Counted from the first letter of the whole stretch, positions 24,890 through 37,470 are shown. The stretch is 56,073 nucleotides of DNA, filler included, from Basidiobolus ranarum (GCA_040143965.1; 6 parts of 6 records of this genome joined end to end with filler, not necessarily neighbours in it); one strand, 5' to 3'. Numbers and translations: made by a program. The notes: a model not told the origin generated them from the sequence alone.

Positions 24890-25550
24890 GTGAATTGTTA
24901 GTATTTTTGAAATATTTCAAGAGTTCTATTGTTCGATTAGTACTTGATAGAATTAATTTAATTTTGAAATAAACCAATTTATGATAATTCAATTTCAATT
25001 TTCGATGCAAAAGAGGGATTCAGTCATAATATCATTAAAGAGTATTGTTTAGTTATAAACCAGCCTATTTCCCCTTCAAAACCCGATCCACGCGTTTAAT
25101 TAAACGGTCAAAATGGCGCGAGCAACCCCATCTTGGTATATAAATATGTTGACTTGTGCGTACCACAATGAAATACATCTATGGCGTCCAAGCTTATGCG
25201 AGCACCAGTGGAGATGCATAATTGTGGGCAATTTGTTGAACATTAAGTATGCTGAAAGTAAGGCGTACGTTGGGATTTGTTTACGAGAAATCATTGTTTA
25301 GAGTCAATAAATCAGCATACAAGTCCTCCATTGATATGCTTTATCACTTTATAGTATCAACATGGTGAAACCAAGGTTGCGGCACCCATTTTATTGGAGT
25401 TCTCGGCTAGTTTGCTTACTTGGATTTTCCAGAGACTCTTGGGATATATAATTGGGGTTTAGGGTAACTTAACACTATATTGTAATCTCTTGAAGAGATA
25501 ACTTACCATTCCTTATTCTTGAATTTTACTGGATTTAATTCGTTACCAAT

Positions 25551-26345
25551 ATGTTCAACCTCAAGCTTCTCACTATGACTCTAGCTGGGTTAGTGTTATT
25601 TATTAGCTACATCGAGGCCCATTCCTGGGTGGATTGTATGGATTGGAGATTTAAGAATGCTAAGAAGAGAAGCTTTGATGACAACGCTGGTGAGTGTCGT
25701 GGTTTCGCTCGTCGTTACTTGGTGAAGTCTAAAGGAGGGAAGTTTACCCCAGCTCGACCATTTGGTTCTCAGGATTCGGCCTCTCCAAATCGGCATTATA
25801 AACAAGCGGAGAAACGTCCTAGTAAATATTGAATTTCGGAATGCAAATTGATTGGTATCGTAATGAAATTAACCTTTGGATATTCTTTAGATGATTGGCC
25901 TGCTTGCTCTACTGGTAAGCGTTATGGTAGAGGCGAGGGTGAGGAGGTGGGAGCGGATGAAACTCGTGCTAATCCTATTAGTAAAGCGTATGGTGGCAAG
26001 TGGGGACCTATGACGGTAGCAAAGGCAGGGAAAGAATTGTGCGTTCGTTGGCCAGCCAAAAATCACAAGAATGAACCTAAAAATATCGTCTACATTAATA
26101 TGGCCCCTACACCGCTGTCCAAGGATCCAACACAAAAGCAACTGAATAAATGGACGATCGCAAAATTAAATTATGGCAACTGCTTTGGGGGTGGTTCGGA
26201 CCGAGCTCGTTGTGGTGGTTGCTTCACCATTCCTAAGGACCGTAAACCAGGGGATTACCTTATCCAATGGAGATGGATGCTGAGAGGCTCAGATAATGTC
26301 CCCGAATGGTATACTTCCTGCTCCGATATTCGTATCACAAAATAA
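25551..26345 (+). CDS. Secreted His1 protein, candidate LPMO-like (paralog 2); exons 25551-25821 and 25891-26345, 241 aa
   Basis: Signal peptide ending IEA|HSWVDC, the same motifs and the same phase-1 intron position as paralog 1. Confidence 0.85.
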
Positions 26346-26763
26346 TCTACGCCGATCTCAATCTTCACCAATAAATATCTTGTCATTTAATTCAATCTTA
26401 TTACCTCGTGCTCTCCTTAATTCGGCATTCCATTCGGTTGAATCCCCTGACGAAGCCTATTGGCTATAATATAGTCTACATGGAATCAAGGTTGGAGGCA
26501 TTGCCAAGTTTTGTTTATCATAGTACAAGAAAACAGAGGCCATCTCAATTAGCAGCTGATGTAGGGAAAACAATTTCAAATCTCTTTGACGCTTCGTTTT
26601 CCTACGAACTAATCATGTACTCGTAGGTCGCTTATGTTATTGTAAGTGAATATGTCGTACTATTTATTAAATATAAGAATTGAGCCTTAGACTACTTGAA
26701 ATGTGCAAAATTTGGATACAACTGATAGTAACTATCACAAATATCTTGATGGGATGTATATAC

Positions 26764-28013
26764 TTAATTCACTTCACGCTTGTTCAAACTACGACGAAGG
26801 TTGTAAAGAGGATAACTGGCGGCAACTGAGCGCTTGGATCTATGATGACCATGATGGCGATGGCGATGGCGATGATCATCTTCACCGTTGTCTTCGTCGT
26901 CTTCATCATCGTCACCATCGTCTTCATCATCATCGTCACCATCGTCTTCATCATCATCGTCACCATCGTCTTCTTCATCATCATCACCATCGTCTTCGTC
27001 CTCATCATCATCACCGTCGTCTTCTTCGTTTTGTTCATCATGATGATCATGATTGTGTTGCTCGTGCGCATCATCATCACCATTATCACCACCATCATGA
27101 GTAGGCTCAGGCTTCTTGTAGTGAGGGGGGGTTGGTGTAGGCTTGCTTACACCTCCATTACCATTCTTCTTGGTGGGTGTGGCTTTCTCACCTCCTTTGG
27201 TAGAGGTAGGCTCTGGGACTGAGGTGACAGTAGGGGCAACTCCTCCTTTGCCATTAGTGATGCGAACATCCGAGCAAGATGTGTACCATTCAGGGGCATT
27301 ATCTGATCCATTGAGCTTCCATCTCCATTGGATCAAGTAGTCTCCAGCTCCACGATTCTCAGGAATGGTGAAGCAACCACCACAACGAGCCTTGTCGGAA
27401 CCACCAGAGAAGCAGTTTCCATAGTCAAGCTTGGCAATAGTCCATTGGTTGAGTTGACGCTGAGTGGGATCTTGGCTCATGGGAGTGGGTGGCATGTTGA
27501 TGAAGACAACATTGTTGGGCTCATCCTTGTGATTCTTGGCTGGCCAGCGAACACACAATTGCTGTCCGGCCTTGGCCACAGTGATGGGTCCCCACTTTCC
27601 TTGACCATAAGCTCCATCAATTGGGTTGGCCTTGGTCTCATCTGAACCAACTTCTTCGTCTTCTCCTCCCTTGTAGGCTTTACCGGTGGAGCAAGCAGGC
27701 CAGTCATCTATGCAAATGAATAATAAACCGAGTTAGCTACCGAACATATTGCCATCACTTATTGTTCTCATTCACCCCTCCACTATTTCACGATTCACTT
27801 ACCAGGATGTTTCTCAGATTGTTTGTAGTGACGGTTGGGGTCAGCACTATCTAATGAGCCAAAGGCATATTTAGGTGAGACCTGGTTTCCATTGTACTTG
27901 ACTGGGAAGCGACGAGCATATCCAGCGCAAGAACCAGCATTGTCATCGAAGCTTTGTTTACCACTGTTGAATCTCCAGTCCATGCAGTCTACCCAGGAGT
28001 GAGCATCATTGAG
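26764..28013 (-). CDS. Secreted His1 protein, candidate LPMO-like (paralog 3), with a Pro/Thr linker and Asp/His-rich C-terminal extension; exons 27803-28013 (5' truncated at the contig end) and 26764-27707
   Basis: ...LNDA|HSWVDC, WPAKNH and QWRW...EWYTSCSDV, with the same intron position. The tail has (DDDEDDGD)n and HRHRHRHHGHH, followed by KR sites. Confidence 0.85.
26880..27030 (-). repeat. Coding minisatellite, ~24-bp unit encoding DDDEDDGD
   Basis: CATCATCGTCACCATCGTCTTCAT-like units in tandem on the + strand. Confidence 0.85.
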
Positions 28014-28113
28014 NNNNNNNNNNNNNNNNNNNNNNNNNNNNNNNNNNNNNNNNNNNNTTAATTAATTAANNNNNNNNNNNNNNNNNNNNNNNNNNNNNNN
28101 NNNNNNNNNNNNN
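28014..28113. other. Artificial contig linker
   Basis: N44-TTAATTAATTAA-N44. Confidence 0.99.
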
Positions 28114-30842
28114 CTACAGAAAAAGGGTCCTCGATTTCGATACTATCTCCGATGAGAGCACTAACGTTGAAATCTTGTTCAAGAAGTTCTGCATATGTTC
28201 CCCGTACGAAACCCATACCAGACTTCATGACAACAACGAAGTCACATTCTGGTAAATACTGCGGTTGATTAGTGACAAAGACAACGGCCTTTTCTTTCAT
28301 ATACCCTCGAATGCACTCGTTAAATATGTGTTTACCAACTTGAGCAGCCATAGAACTAAGTGTATCGTCTAAAAGAACAATATCAGCAGAGCTATATGCA
28401 GCTCTAGCAAGGCTTACTCTATGTCTCTGTGCCAAAGTGAGGTTAAACCCATGTTCACCGATTTCAGTTTCATCACCATGTGATAGTTGATCAAGGTCTT
28501 TGGAGAGTGCACATATGCGTATGATTAACTTGTATTTTTCATGATCATAGGGCGATCCGAAGAGAATGTTGTCTCTTAGACTAGCGTTTAAGAGCCAAGA
28601 ATCGAAAGGAACATAAGCTATAGATCCGAAAATAGATGAAGTTCCGGCTGTTTTTGTAATTTGTCCCTATAAATCGTTTCACGCTGTTGGTAAATTTTTC
28701 TATTCAAACTAAGAATAAAATGATTGATATTACCATTAACGCTAGAAGTAAAGAAGATTCTAGTAGATGATTAAGAAATAGAAGGAAAGTTAGCTGAACA
28801 TCTCAATGTAAGTTGCAAGTAACTATATTTCTTACTTCCAGCACCCACATCACCTACAATTGCAACAACTTCACCTCTCTTGACTTTTAAAGAAAAGTTC
28901 TTAATTGTTGGATCTAGACCGGCAGCCCAACAAAAGGTGGTGTTTTCCTGTGAAAATACATTAATAACAAATTCTTACCAGAATAGTGCATATGGTGGTT
29001 ACCAATTCAATTTTAGTGTTGTCATCAGCTGGTGGGTGTTCAGGAGGTAAAAGAGGCTTTACTTCAGGTTGAAGTAGGAACTTATTGATTCTTTCAAATG
29101 ATATAAAGGCACCTAGATGAAAACCGTAACAAAATGTTGACTTAATTTCGGAGCAATATGAAAAATTGACAAAGTTTAACATTACCATATGTTGTTCTAA
29201 CAGCCGTTGGAAGCATCACAAAAGGATATCTAGAGTAACAGTCATTAGGCATGTAACTTTCTCTAACAACTCGTTTAATATTACCTCAAGGTATTAAAGG
29301 TAGAAAGTATAGTGAACACCAATGTAGCTGTTAATTCTCGTGTACTACCAATTTTCTCAACCATGACAAAGCAGATCACTGTCAGTAGAATAGGTGTCCC
29401 AAAGATCAAGAGTGCACTCCAACATTTTACAAGTAGCCCACGACGAAGATGAATCATTTCTTGGACTCTAGCTTTGGCAACTCTATCACAAAAGAACGAT
29501 TCCCAGGCATGAAACTTAATTAACTTGATGGCTGTTAAGATTTCTGACATTAAGTAAACCCGATATGTAGTAGACCGAGCCATATCTGTAGAGAGTCTAG
29601 AAGTGAGTTGCCCCAAGGTATATTGAATTGGAAAAAAAATGATAAGAATGACCACAGCTAATATATTGGGACATTTTGAGTTGATGTTAATGCTGGGGAT
29701 TAACTGAAAAGGTTGTAAAATAGAAACATACCAGGTATTGCAGCCAGCCTAAGTTCATATCCAGCAATCGCAATTACAGCTATAAGATAATTACTCAATA
29801 AAATATAGAAAAAATATTTACTATATCAGTGACTTACCAAGAATCTCCAGAGCCGTACCCCATAGATAATGAAAGTTTACACAGGCCTCGGCGATACTGC
29901 GTAAATATGAGACCAAAGTAAGTTAACAGTATAAAATCCAGAGAAAATAGCTCTATTACCGATTACAATCATCAGCGACTAAATTGACTTTACAAACAAG
30001 GCAAATCAATACTTAATGATATTACTAAAGTTATGAAAACATCTACTTACCAACATCACCTAAGCCACCTTGAACTGTACTAAGTTTTAATGATTTACGA
30101 TATATCATCACCATTAATGCAGCTCGGACCTTCAATTGTCGAATGTATTAAAATGGTTAATACTCATAGCTTCTGCTTAGATGTTTAATACAACCTGCAA
30201 ACCTGAACACCGATTCGTGTACATTCAGCAGAGAGTTGATGAATGCAAATACTGGAAAATATTGCAGTTAAAAATAAAACCACGGCATACACATGAGCAT
30301 ACACGTAAGACGAACGATCCGTCTCTGAGATAACATTGGTACTATATTGTATAAGCCGCTTCAAAAAGAAGTAAGCGCCAAGGTATATGAAAACGGCCCA
30401 AAAAATCTTGTAGATTCCAATTATCAAATATCTCCCTTTAAATGTAACGAAAAGAGCACGTCTTATTGAAGGAACTCTAATAGAAAATGATTTTTTTCGT
30501 TTCAAAAATAAGGAGTTAATTATGAGTTCGCATACACACAACCAAGTTTATCCTAGTATCCTCTCATTTGAATTTATGGAGGAAACGGTTACAAAACTTT
30601 AACTTGCAAACAAAGAATCCTTACCCGTCTTTAGAGCTAACACACTCCTTGTGCCAGTTTTTTTCTAGTCTGGAGCCAACCACTTTAGAAGTTTCAGTTT
30701 GTTTTAAAGTCAATAAGTCCAAGCCAGCATCGATGGTTTTGCATTTTGATAATAATCGAAAGACCCAAAAGAAGAACCAATTTGATATGATATTCGAGCC
30801 ACCCAGTTCAACGGTCTCTGAGCGACCTGTTTTCTTCGACAT
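28114..30842 (-). CDS. ABCC/MRP-family ABC transporter, N-terminal half (TMD1 + NBD1); many short introns; 3' half missing at the contig end
   Basis: LMSEILTAIKLIKFHAWE, a spliced Walker A GDVGAG|KSS, NASLRDNILFG, DLDQLSHGDETEIGEHGFNL, RVSLARAAYSSADIVLLDD and GTYAELL. Confidence 0.9.
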
Positions 30843-33800
30843 AGGAGAAGTATTAAGAAACCGTCAATGAATATTAGAGAGGAAAAGGCAGGGAAGTGTC
30901 AGCAAGAGAGTGTGAGCCACTCACGAAGCTGAGGGTTCTAGACGAGTATATTAACAGGCTGTTAACCGTGTCGCCAAGTACAAAAGCGGTAACTAGAGAA
31001 CAAAGGTCACACTATTCCTCAGTTTGGGGGAATTTCAAGGTTTTGAATAAAATAGGTTTGAGATTCACTACACGTATTTAGGTAAATGATATTGTCATAG
31101 GATTAATTCGATACAGGGATAATTTCGGAAAAGCGATTCAATCAATATATAAATGATAGAAAAGCAAAAGAGAACTCAAATTCAGCCAGTACAAGAAACA
31201 TTGATCCAACCTCCTAAACTATAACAATACCAGAATCATTTGTACAGGCCAACCATATGGCACATTGAACAGAGTACAGGGATCAAGCAGGCTTCGCTAC
31301 TTGTTGGCGATATCTACATGCCAAAAGTGGAATGGCCCTATTATTTCTCTGGGTTAAAGAGACTTGAAGAATAGAAGCCATTACGTTGTATCCATAATAC
31401 TAGATCGGCACTATACAGTCGAAAGTTATGTGCATAATGCGCTTTGGAATTCACACCACAATGTTCCAAGCGATAAGCATATGTATCACCTGGGTTTACT
31501 CCATTTTCTGAAGATTTCCTTCAGGAGCACGTTGGTGACTTATTAGAATAACAATGAAACCAATTATTTGCTGATCTATTGGTGTAGAGCTTGTAAAGGA
31601 GAGAATATAAAGATTTGGGAAGCCTTCCACACATTATCTGAGGCCCAGGTGATTTCACAACCGCCCCTTAATTTATTTAGCAGACTACTGAGAGACATCA
31701 AGTGCCCAGTTCACCACTACCTCAAGGGTTTCCTAGCTTTACCCTCACAGCATAAGATTCGCTTAAGGTGTAATCAAAATCGGTGATACTCCACTTGACG
31801 TATTCTGGCAATGCATACAATAACTCTATTATTGGGAGATAATGGTGAGTGAGAGTCTACAGTTTCAAAGGATGACCAGGATACTCAGCGTCATCTCCAC
31901 ATAATTGATCAGGAAAAAGCACATGTATACACCTGTTTCCAAATGGAGGTTCTAACTGGAAAGCACCTTAAGAATCTCCAGTCTCACTTGGGCCACAGGC
32001 TCCCAAAACTCCGAGGTCAAGGAGTGCAATTGATTTGATCACGATACATGCAGAATGTGATACCACTCGCATTAGGCAGAAACTTCAGCGGTGTGGTGAC
32101 ACACGGCTATAGTAGCCATATGGTATATCAATCAATATTTGTATGGATACCTGTAGCTTGACGTGCAAATGCTTGTTCTTCAAGAATTGTTTACCGAAAC
32201 TGGGAATAATTTTTCAGCAAATAACGCTGAGGAGCCGTTTCTGATTTTAATGAAATCATAGTGCTAGATATACAGATTGTGCTGAGAAATGAGCTGGAGT
32301 TGTTCGGGCTAGTGCACGAATAAGTTCATTAACTAGTTGAGAAATAAGTTTCAACCAAGTCAGCAGTAGTGGTAACTCACTTGATGGTGAATTTGGTGCC
32401 CTTGACTATTCAATAGAATCCGAATTGGCAAGCTTTGTTGAAATATTGACACGATCTCATCTGGCGTGTAGCAAGGATGACGAGTTCATTCCACGCCTGT
32501 TGGTACCACAGATTCCGTCACCTGTGGAAAGTCCAGCATTGCTTGTAGTATGGAGCACTACGGCTAGGTGGCATTCAGGTGTCATTAGTATGCATTATGA
32601 TCATCGTTAGTACCATGATCAGATTCGGGATATGAACAATCATATAGTCTCATGAATAACTGACCCTAGTCAGAAAATTGCATGTCATCATCCCTGTTTT
32701 AGTATTTTTTGCGCAGTTGGTTTCAATTAGCTCATTTATGTCATCAATCGTACAGCATGTAAGTGTGTGTTATATAAGGTTTTCTCTTGATACTTTACAA
32801 GCTGATGGATACAAGGACTTACTTTGAGACTCGTATTGTATGGCGTCCTCAGTGGACTTGGGTGTGCCAAAGTCTCTTTTCCCAGTATTCTACCACGAAT
32901 TTCATCTGTGAGATGTTATGAAGGATGTCTATAAACATACCATGTAACTAGAAAAACTAATGCGAAACCTCCAGATACTCGATTAAATCTTAGCGAGGAT
33001 AGCTTCTTTTCAAGTGATAATCAGGGGCTAGACATCACAAGCCCTAGTCAAAAAAGACTTCGGATATGCTGCGGGTTTGTGTTTACCTTAATTAGAGAAT
33101 TGGCTGTCAGGCCAGTAGACTTCCGTTAGTGGGCATTTAGGCTATGAATGCAACATGGTAAGGGATTCATATGCTAGTGATTCTTGAACGATAAATGAAC
33201 CCATGCTACTAATTATGTTGTACGACTCATTTTGGAGAGTAATCATTATTATTGGCTCCTGAATGATTGAATTTGAGCATGGTCTAAGGATGGTCTTTTC
33301 TTTTGGATTTGCATATTAGGAAAGTACGCAGATAGTGAAGAATACATAGGCAGCCTAAGCATATGACACTAAACCACCGATGACTATACTCTTGTGGCCA
33401 ATGCAACTACAACGAAGGTTAATGCCTTTGAGCATCTGCGACTTGGAGATGTATAACCATTCTGCTTCGTTTATTAAGGCAGTTGACATTTATTTTAGTA
33501 TTGCAGTTGCCAATTCTGAAATCGGCCATATATGGTTTGAGAAGCAACTCAACTGCCTATGCATGTAAGTCGTATATAAAAAGTATATATATTCGAAAGT
33601 ATTGAATGTTCTATCACAGAAATATTGAAAAATCCTAATACTTGTTAAGTGGCACACAGGCGGTGGTATTTTACAGATAAGCATGAAATAAATACTGGAT
33701 ATCCACTCCAAATTGCATGAGAAACACTGCTGGAAGTATGCACTATAACCATTTTGGAAGCATCAGAAGTGTGTAGACATATTTGTAATTATCCAAGGGA

Positions 33801-34580
33801 ATGTATGATTTGCATTTGGCATTTGGCCATTCTGTGATGGATTTCTGTTATATGGCCATTATTGGAGCACTAATGAAGCACTGCAGTTCGGGATCTAAGT
33901 ATCCATAGTTACATGTAGATTTAGCTTCTGATTATTTCTTCCAAGCGGAACATATGGGTCAGACATATCCTACAAATATTGAGATATGCAAATCTTCTAT
34001 GGTTTTTTAAGCTCCTCAACTTTTGTAGGAACTTCCACCTTATCCCAAATACATATTCTATATGCTGAATAATAGACCTTCCACCTTAACAGGCCAGATA
34101 GTGCAGTATATATTATATTGGTAACATAGTTTATTGTTTACCTGACTTAGTTTGACGCTATCCAGTGCCCTCAGGTCTGAGCAGTTCAAATCAACTCTAC
34201 TATCCTGAACCAAGACATGGCAACTCCTGATCTATGGAACATAATTAATAGATGTCTCCTGCCGATGGAGTGGAGATAGTGGTAGATATTTAGTTCCTAG
34301 GTGCTCAAGTAGCTGGGGGACGCATTGGTTGATGATTTGATCTCAAAACTCGTATTTACACACTCATGTAAGCATATTTTGTAGGCAGACAACCAATATG
34401 CTGGCTGCAATCCTTATATGTATATATCCAACTATTCCTTATATGATATCTAAGTTTGTTAGCATTATGTACTGTATTGATACTAATGCATTCAGTAGAT
34501 ATTGGATAATAAATCTTCAATCAATATCTTCGTAAACTTTAGTTATGATGCAGGTATCAGTAACATGACAGCCTTGCATC

Positions 34581-35200
34581 TGTTGAAATTAGCATTACCT
34601 AAACAACTATATAGTCATATATATCTTAGTACTTAGTTATATTATATTTCACTAAGATATTACCCATGATTCTCATAAGGAATTTACTTGAAATTTTTTT
34701 ACATAGTTAGTAGTTCTCAGATATATAGATTTTCAAACTTGTGTTAGAAGCCCCAAACTTTGCACACATGTTACTGGGGCCTTCCTTAGCACATTCTACA
34801 TGTTAGTTTGCTTACATCTTGATAAAACTACAAATGTCAACATTCTACTCAATTAATCAGCAAGTGAAAACCACCAATTTCTCCAATTCTCCAAACCACT
34901 ACCAACAGGCTCCCAAATACTTTAACAGGCTATGAGCCCTAAGCTTGCACTCTCTGTAATGCCTACTTCTCAAATACAGGGAACTTTTCCCTCTTCTGAA
35001 AAATTGGATGGAACCAATTAACAAGATAGGAAAGTTAAAATCAAAATGCTGCTACAAGAAAAAGGACTTTGGGACACTGTTGCAGGAGGAGAAAACAATG
35101 CAAAACTCTCTGCAACCAAAGTATTACTTCAGATTGAAGAAGAATAAAGTTATTGGAGAATCTTGACATAATGGATGATGGACTTTTTATATCAGGGGCA
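34581..35200 (+). mobile_element. Copia 5' LTR (family B, 34581-34927), PBS (34928-34940) and degenerate gag start
   Basis: TGTT...TAACA LTR, followed by PBS GGCTATGAGCCCT and gag MPTSQIQGTFPSSEKLDGTN*QDRKVKIKMLLQEKGLWD. Confidence 0.85.
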
Positions 35201-35205
35201 ACTTA

Positions 35206-36051
35206 TGATAGTGTTTTAGTTACTTTATTCTTAAGAGAATATGGTGACTAACATAGTAGTGATGTAAATCATTTGTTTGAGATATTCCAGAGTTTGTGTA
35301 ATAAGATATAGTGGATAAGTGAGCATAATAATACATACCACTCTATAGATATAGAGATGTTCCCAATTAGGATATAGGGGATATAGATATGTTACTTTCT
35401 GTTTCTGATATATGTATCATAGCTAAAGTTAACAAGATGATGAATAAAGACTAATTATCCAACAACTTCCCTTAATTCTTACTCACATTGTGCCTACATT
35501 CAATAATGCCCATGCCTGCTCTGAACTATTCAAAGCTTAAAGTTTTGAGGGTTTTGTTAGTATAACAGAAAGCATGTTTTCAGTACTTCAATAATTGAAG
35601 TTCACTTCTTTGCCTTGAACTTTCTCTTATATAAAATGATGTCTTATCTCAATATGTTTCACCCTAGAGTGATGTACAGGATTCTTAATGATTTGAATAC
35701 TACTAATATTAACTTTATATATTGGGAATAAGTGATCATATCCTGATTCCTTGAGAAGACTCCTTAGCCAAATAGCTGCTTGAACAGCCATAGAGCTTGC
35801 AATATATTCAGCTTCTGTAGTTGATAATATAACAGTTTCTTGTTTCTTACTAATCCAGCTTATTTGTCCACTAGCTAGCTCAAATTCAAATCCAGTTCTT
35901 GACATATGGTATTCTGTAGTATTAGCCCAGTTGGTATAAGCATATCCTTCCATAATAAGTGACATGCTGTTCTGCTACTAAATTGAATTTTGATGTCTTG
36001 TTCCTTTCCAAAGGCATATTTTCTGTTTCACAGCTATCCAATGTTCAATTG
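35206..36051 (-). mobile_element. Degenerate copia RNase H, PPT and 3' LTR (LTR ~35206-35464)
   Basis: ISWISKKQETVILSTTEAEYIA...NPVHHSRVKHIEIRHHFI. The minus-strand TTAAGGGAAG is followed by TGTTGGATAA. Confidence 0.85.
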
Positions 36052-37370
36052 CCCTAACAAAAAAAAAATCAATTTGATCCGGATTGGATCCACCCTTCTA
36101 AATCACAAAACCATCAGAGAACTGTGACAATATTGGTGGCTTGCATTCTGCCAGTGATTTCAATGGTGTGATGGCAGTTTCTTGATGGTATTTTGATGGT
36201 ATTCATACATGTTAAAATATTGATTCTCATACTTGGCATGCATTATGAATTTCCAGCAATTTTGCAAAAATATAATTTTCAAATGGCAAATTACTGGGTT
36301 CACTGCTGTAGGAATTTGAATTAATATTCATGCCTTTATTTAGATATTTTAGGCTTTGTATTCAGCCATAATGAGAATCAAAAAATACAAGGATCTTGTG
36401 TTTAGTATCATCATATGCACATACTTGCCTGATCAGACATAACTCAACAACATCAATATGCTTTACCAGCAAACTAACAGTGGAAAAATTGCTAAACATC
36501 CAAAATTTTGAAAAGCACTAGCACTTGGCAAATAGCTGACTCTTGTTGGCATTCACAATGAGAATAAGCTATTGGAATTTGGCAAATTTCCATACAGAAT
36601 TCAGCCAATATATCCCCAACTTGTAGTCAACAAATGTCCTGCCACAAGTAGATGTGTCATTGCTTGAATATATTACCCCAAGTCTAAAACAATAATACTG
36701 CATATCTTGATCTATCTTGCCAAGAAGTCTGTCTTGAAGTTTTCCTGGAAATACCATCAGATAAACACACAAACAAATTAGTTGGAATTATAGAGATACT
36801 TACTCTGTGTCCATAGTTTAGGCTTTGTTGCTGTTATTGTGCTCAAAAAATCAAAAACCCTTGAGCACATTGAAAAGAGCCCTTTGTTGGAAGGTCAATG
36901 TACTCTGCAGTCTCCTTAAACAATTGCTATACATCCATCACAGATTTTGCCAATACATTGTTAATCTGATTAGCATATGGTAATACAGATGATTTCACAT
37001 GGAGCATCATTTCACCACTTATTTCATGTGGCTTATCCTGAGTTTTTGTAAGCAAATGGCAATTGGGCTAGTATAGGCCTATTCATGCAACATCCCAAAC
37101 ATGTATGCAATTATAAACTAGGAAAAGAAAGAAAAGCAGCTAAAGAAGTACTTGAGGAGCAGGACATTAGTAAACCCAAGGGAAATGCAACGGAGCCAGT
37201 GAGTTTGGGCTCTACTGTCCCACTTACCAAATTCTTCACACCATTACAAAGACCTGCATTTCCAGAGTCAGATATACTGGCAAAAAAGCTTAATTTCACC
37301 ATGGAACTGGGTACACCAGTTGGAAGAGTGCTAAATTCAGAAGTTTATCCAACACCTGGCACCTCTCAAC
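36052..37370 (+). mobile_element. Internally deleted CACTA-like DNA transposon: left end joined to the accessory-ORF region
   Basis: Starts CCCTAACA and interrupts a copia RT. Subterminal GATGGT repeats are present. The distal part matches ~19530-19879. Confidence 0.7.
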
Positions 37371-37470
37371 NNNNNNNNNNNNNNNNNNNNNNNNNNNNNN
37401 NNNNNNNNNNNNNNTTAATTAATTAANNNNNNNNNNNNNNNNNNNNNNNNNNNNNNNNNNNNNNNNNNNN
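37371..37470. other. Artificial contig linker
   Basis: N44-TTAATTAATTAA-N44. Confidence 0.99.

Noticed and set aside
26703-27222. Poly-His, poly-Met and poly-Ile ORFs in the ORF track
   Set aside because: These are alternative-frame or antisense readings of the GAT/GAC-rich minisatellite in paralog 3's acidic tail.
31100-34560. Possible decayed coding sequence between the ABC gene and the copia LTR
   Set aside because: Only short ORFs and no motif I can identify by eye; a translated search is needed.
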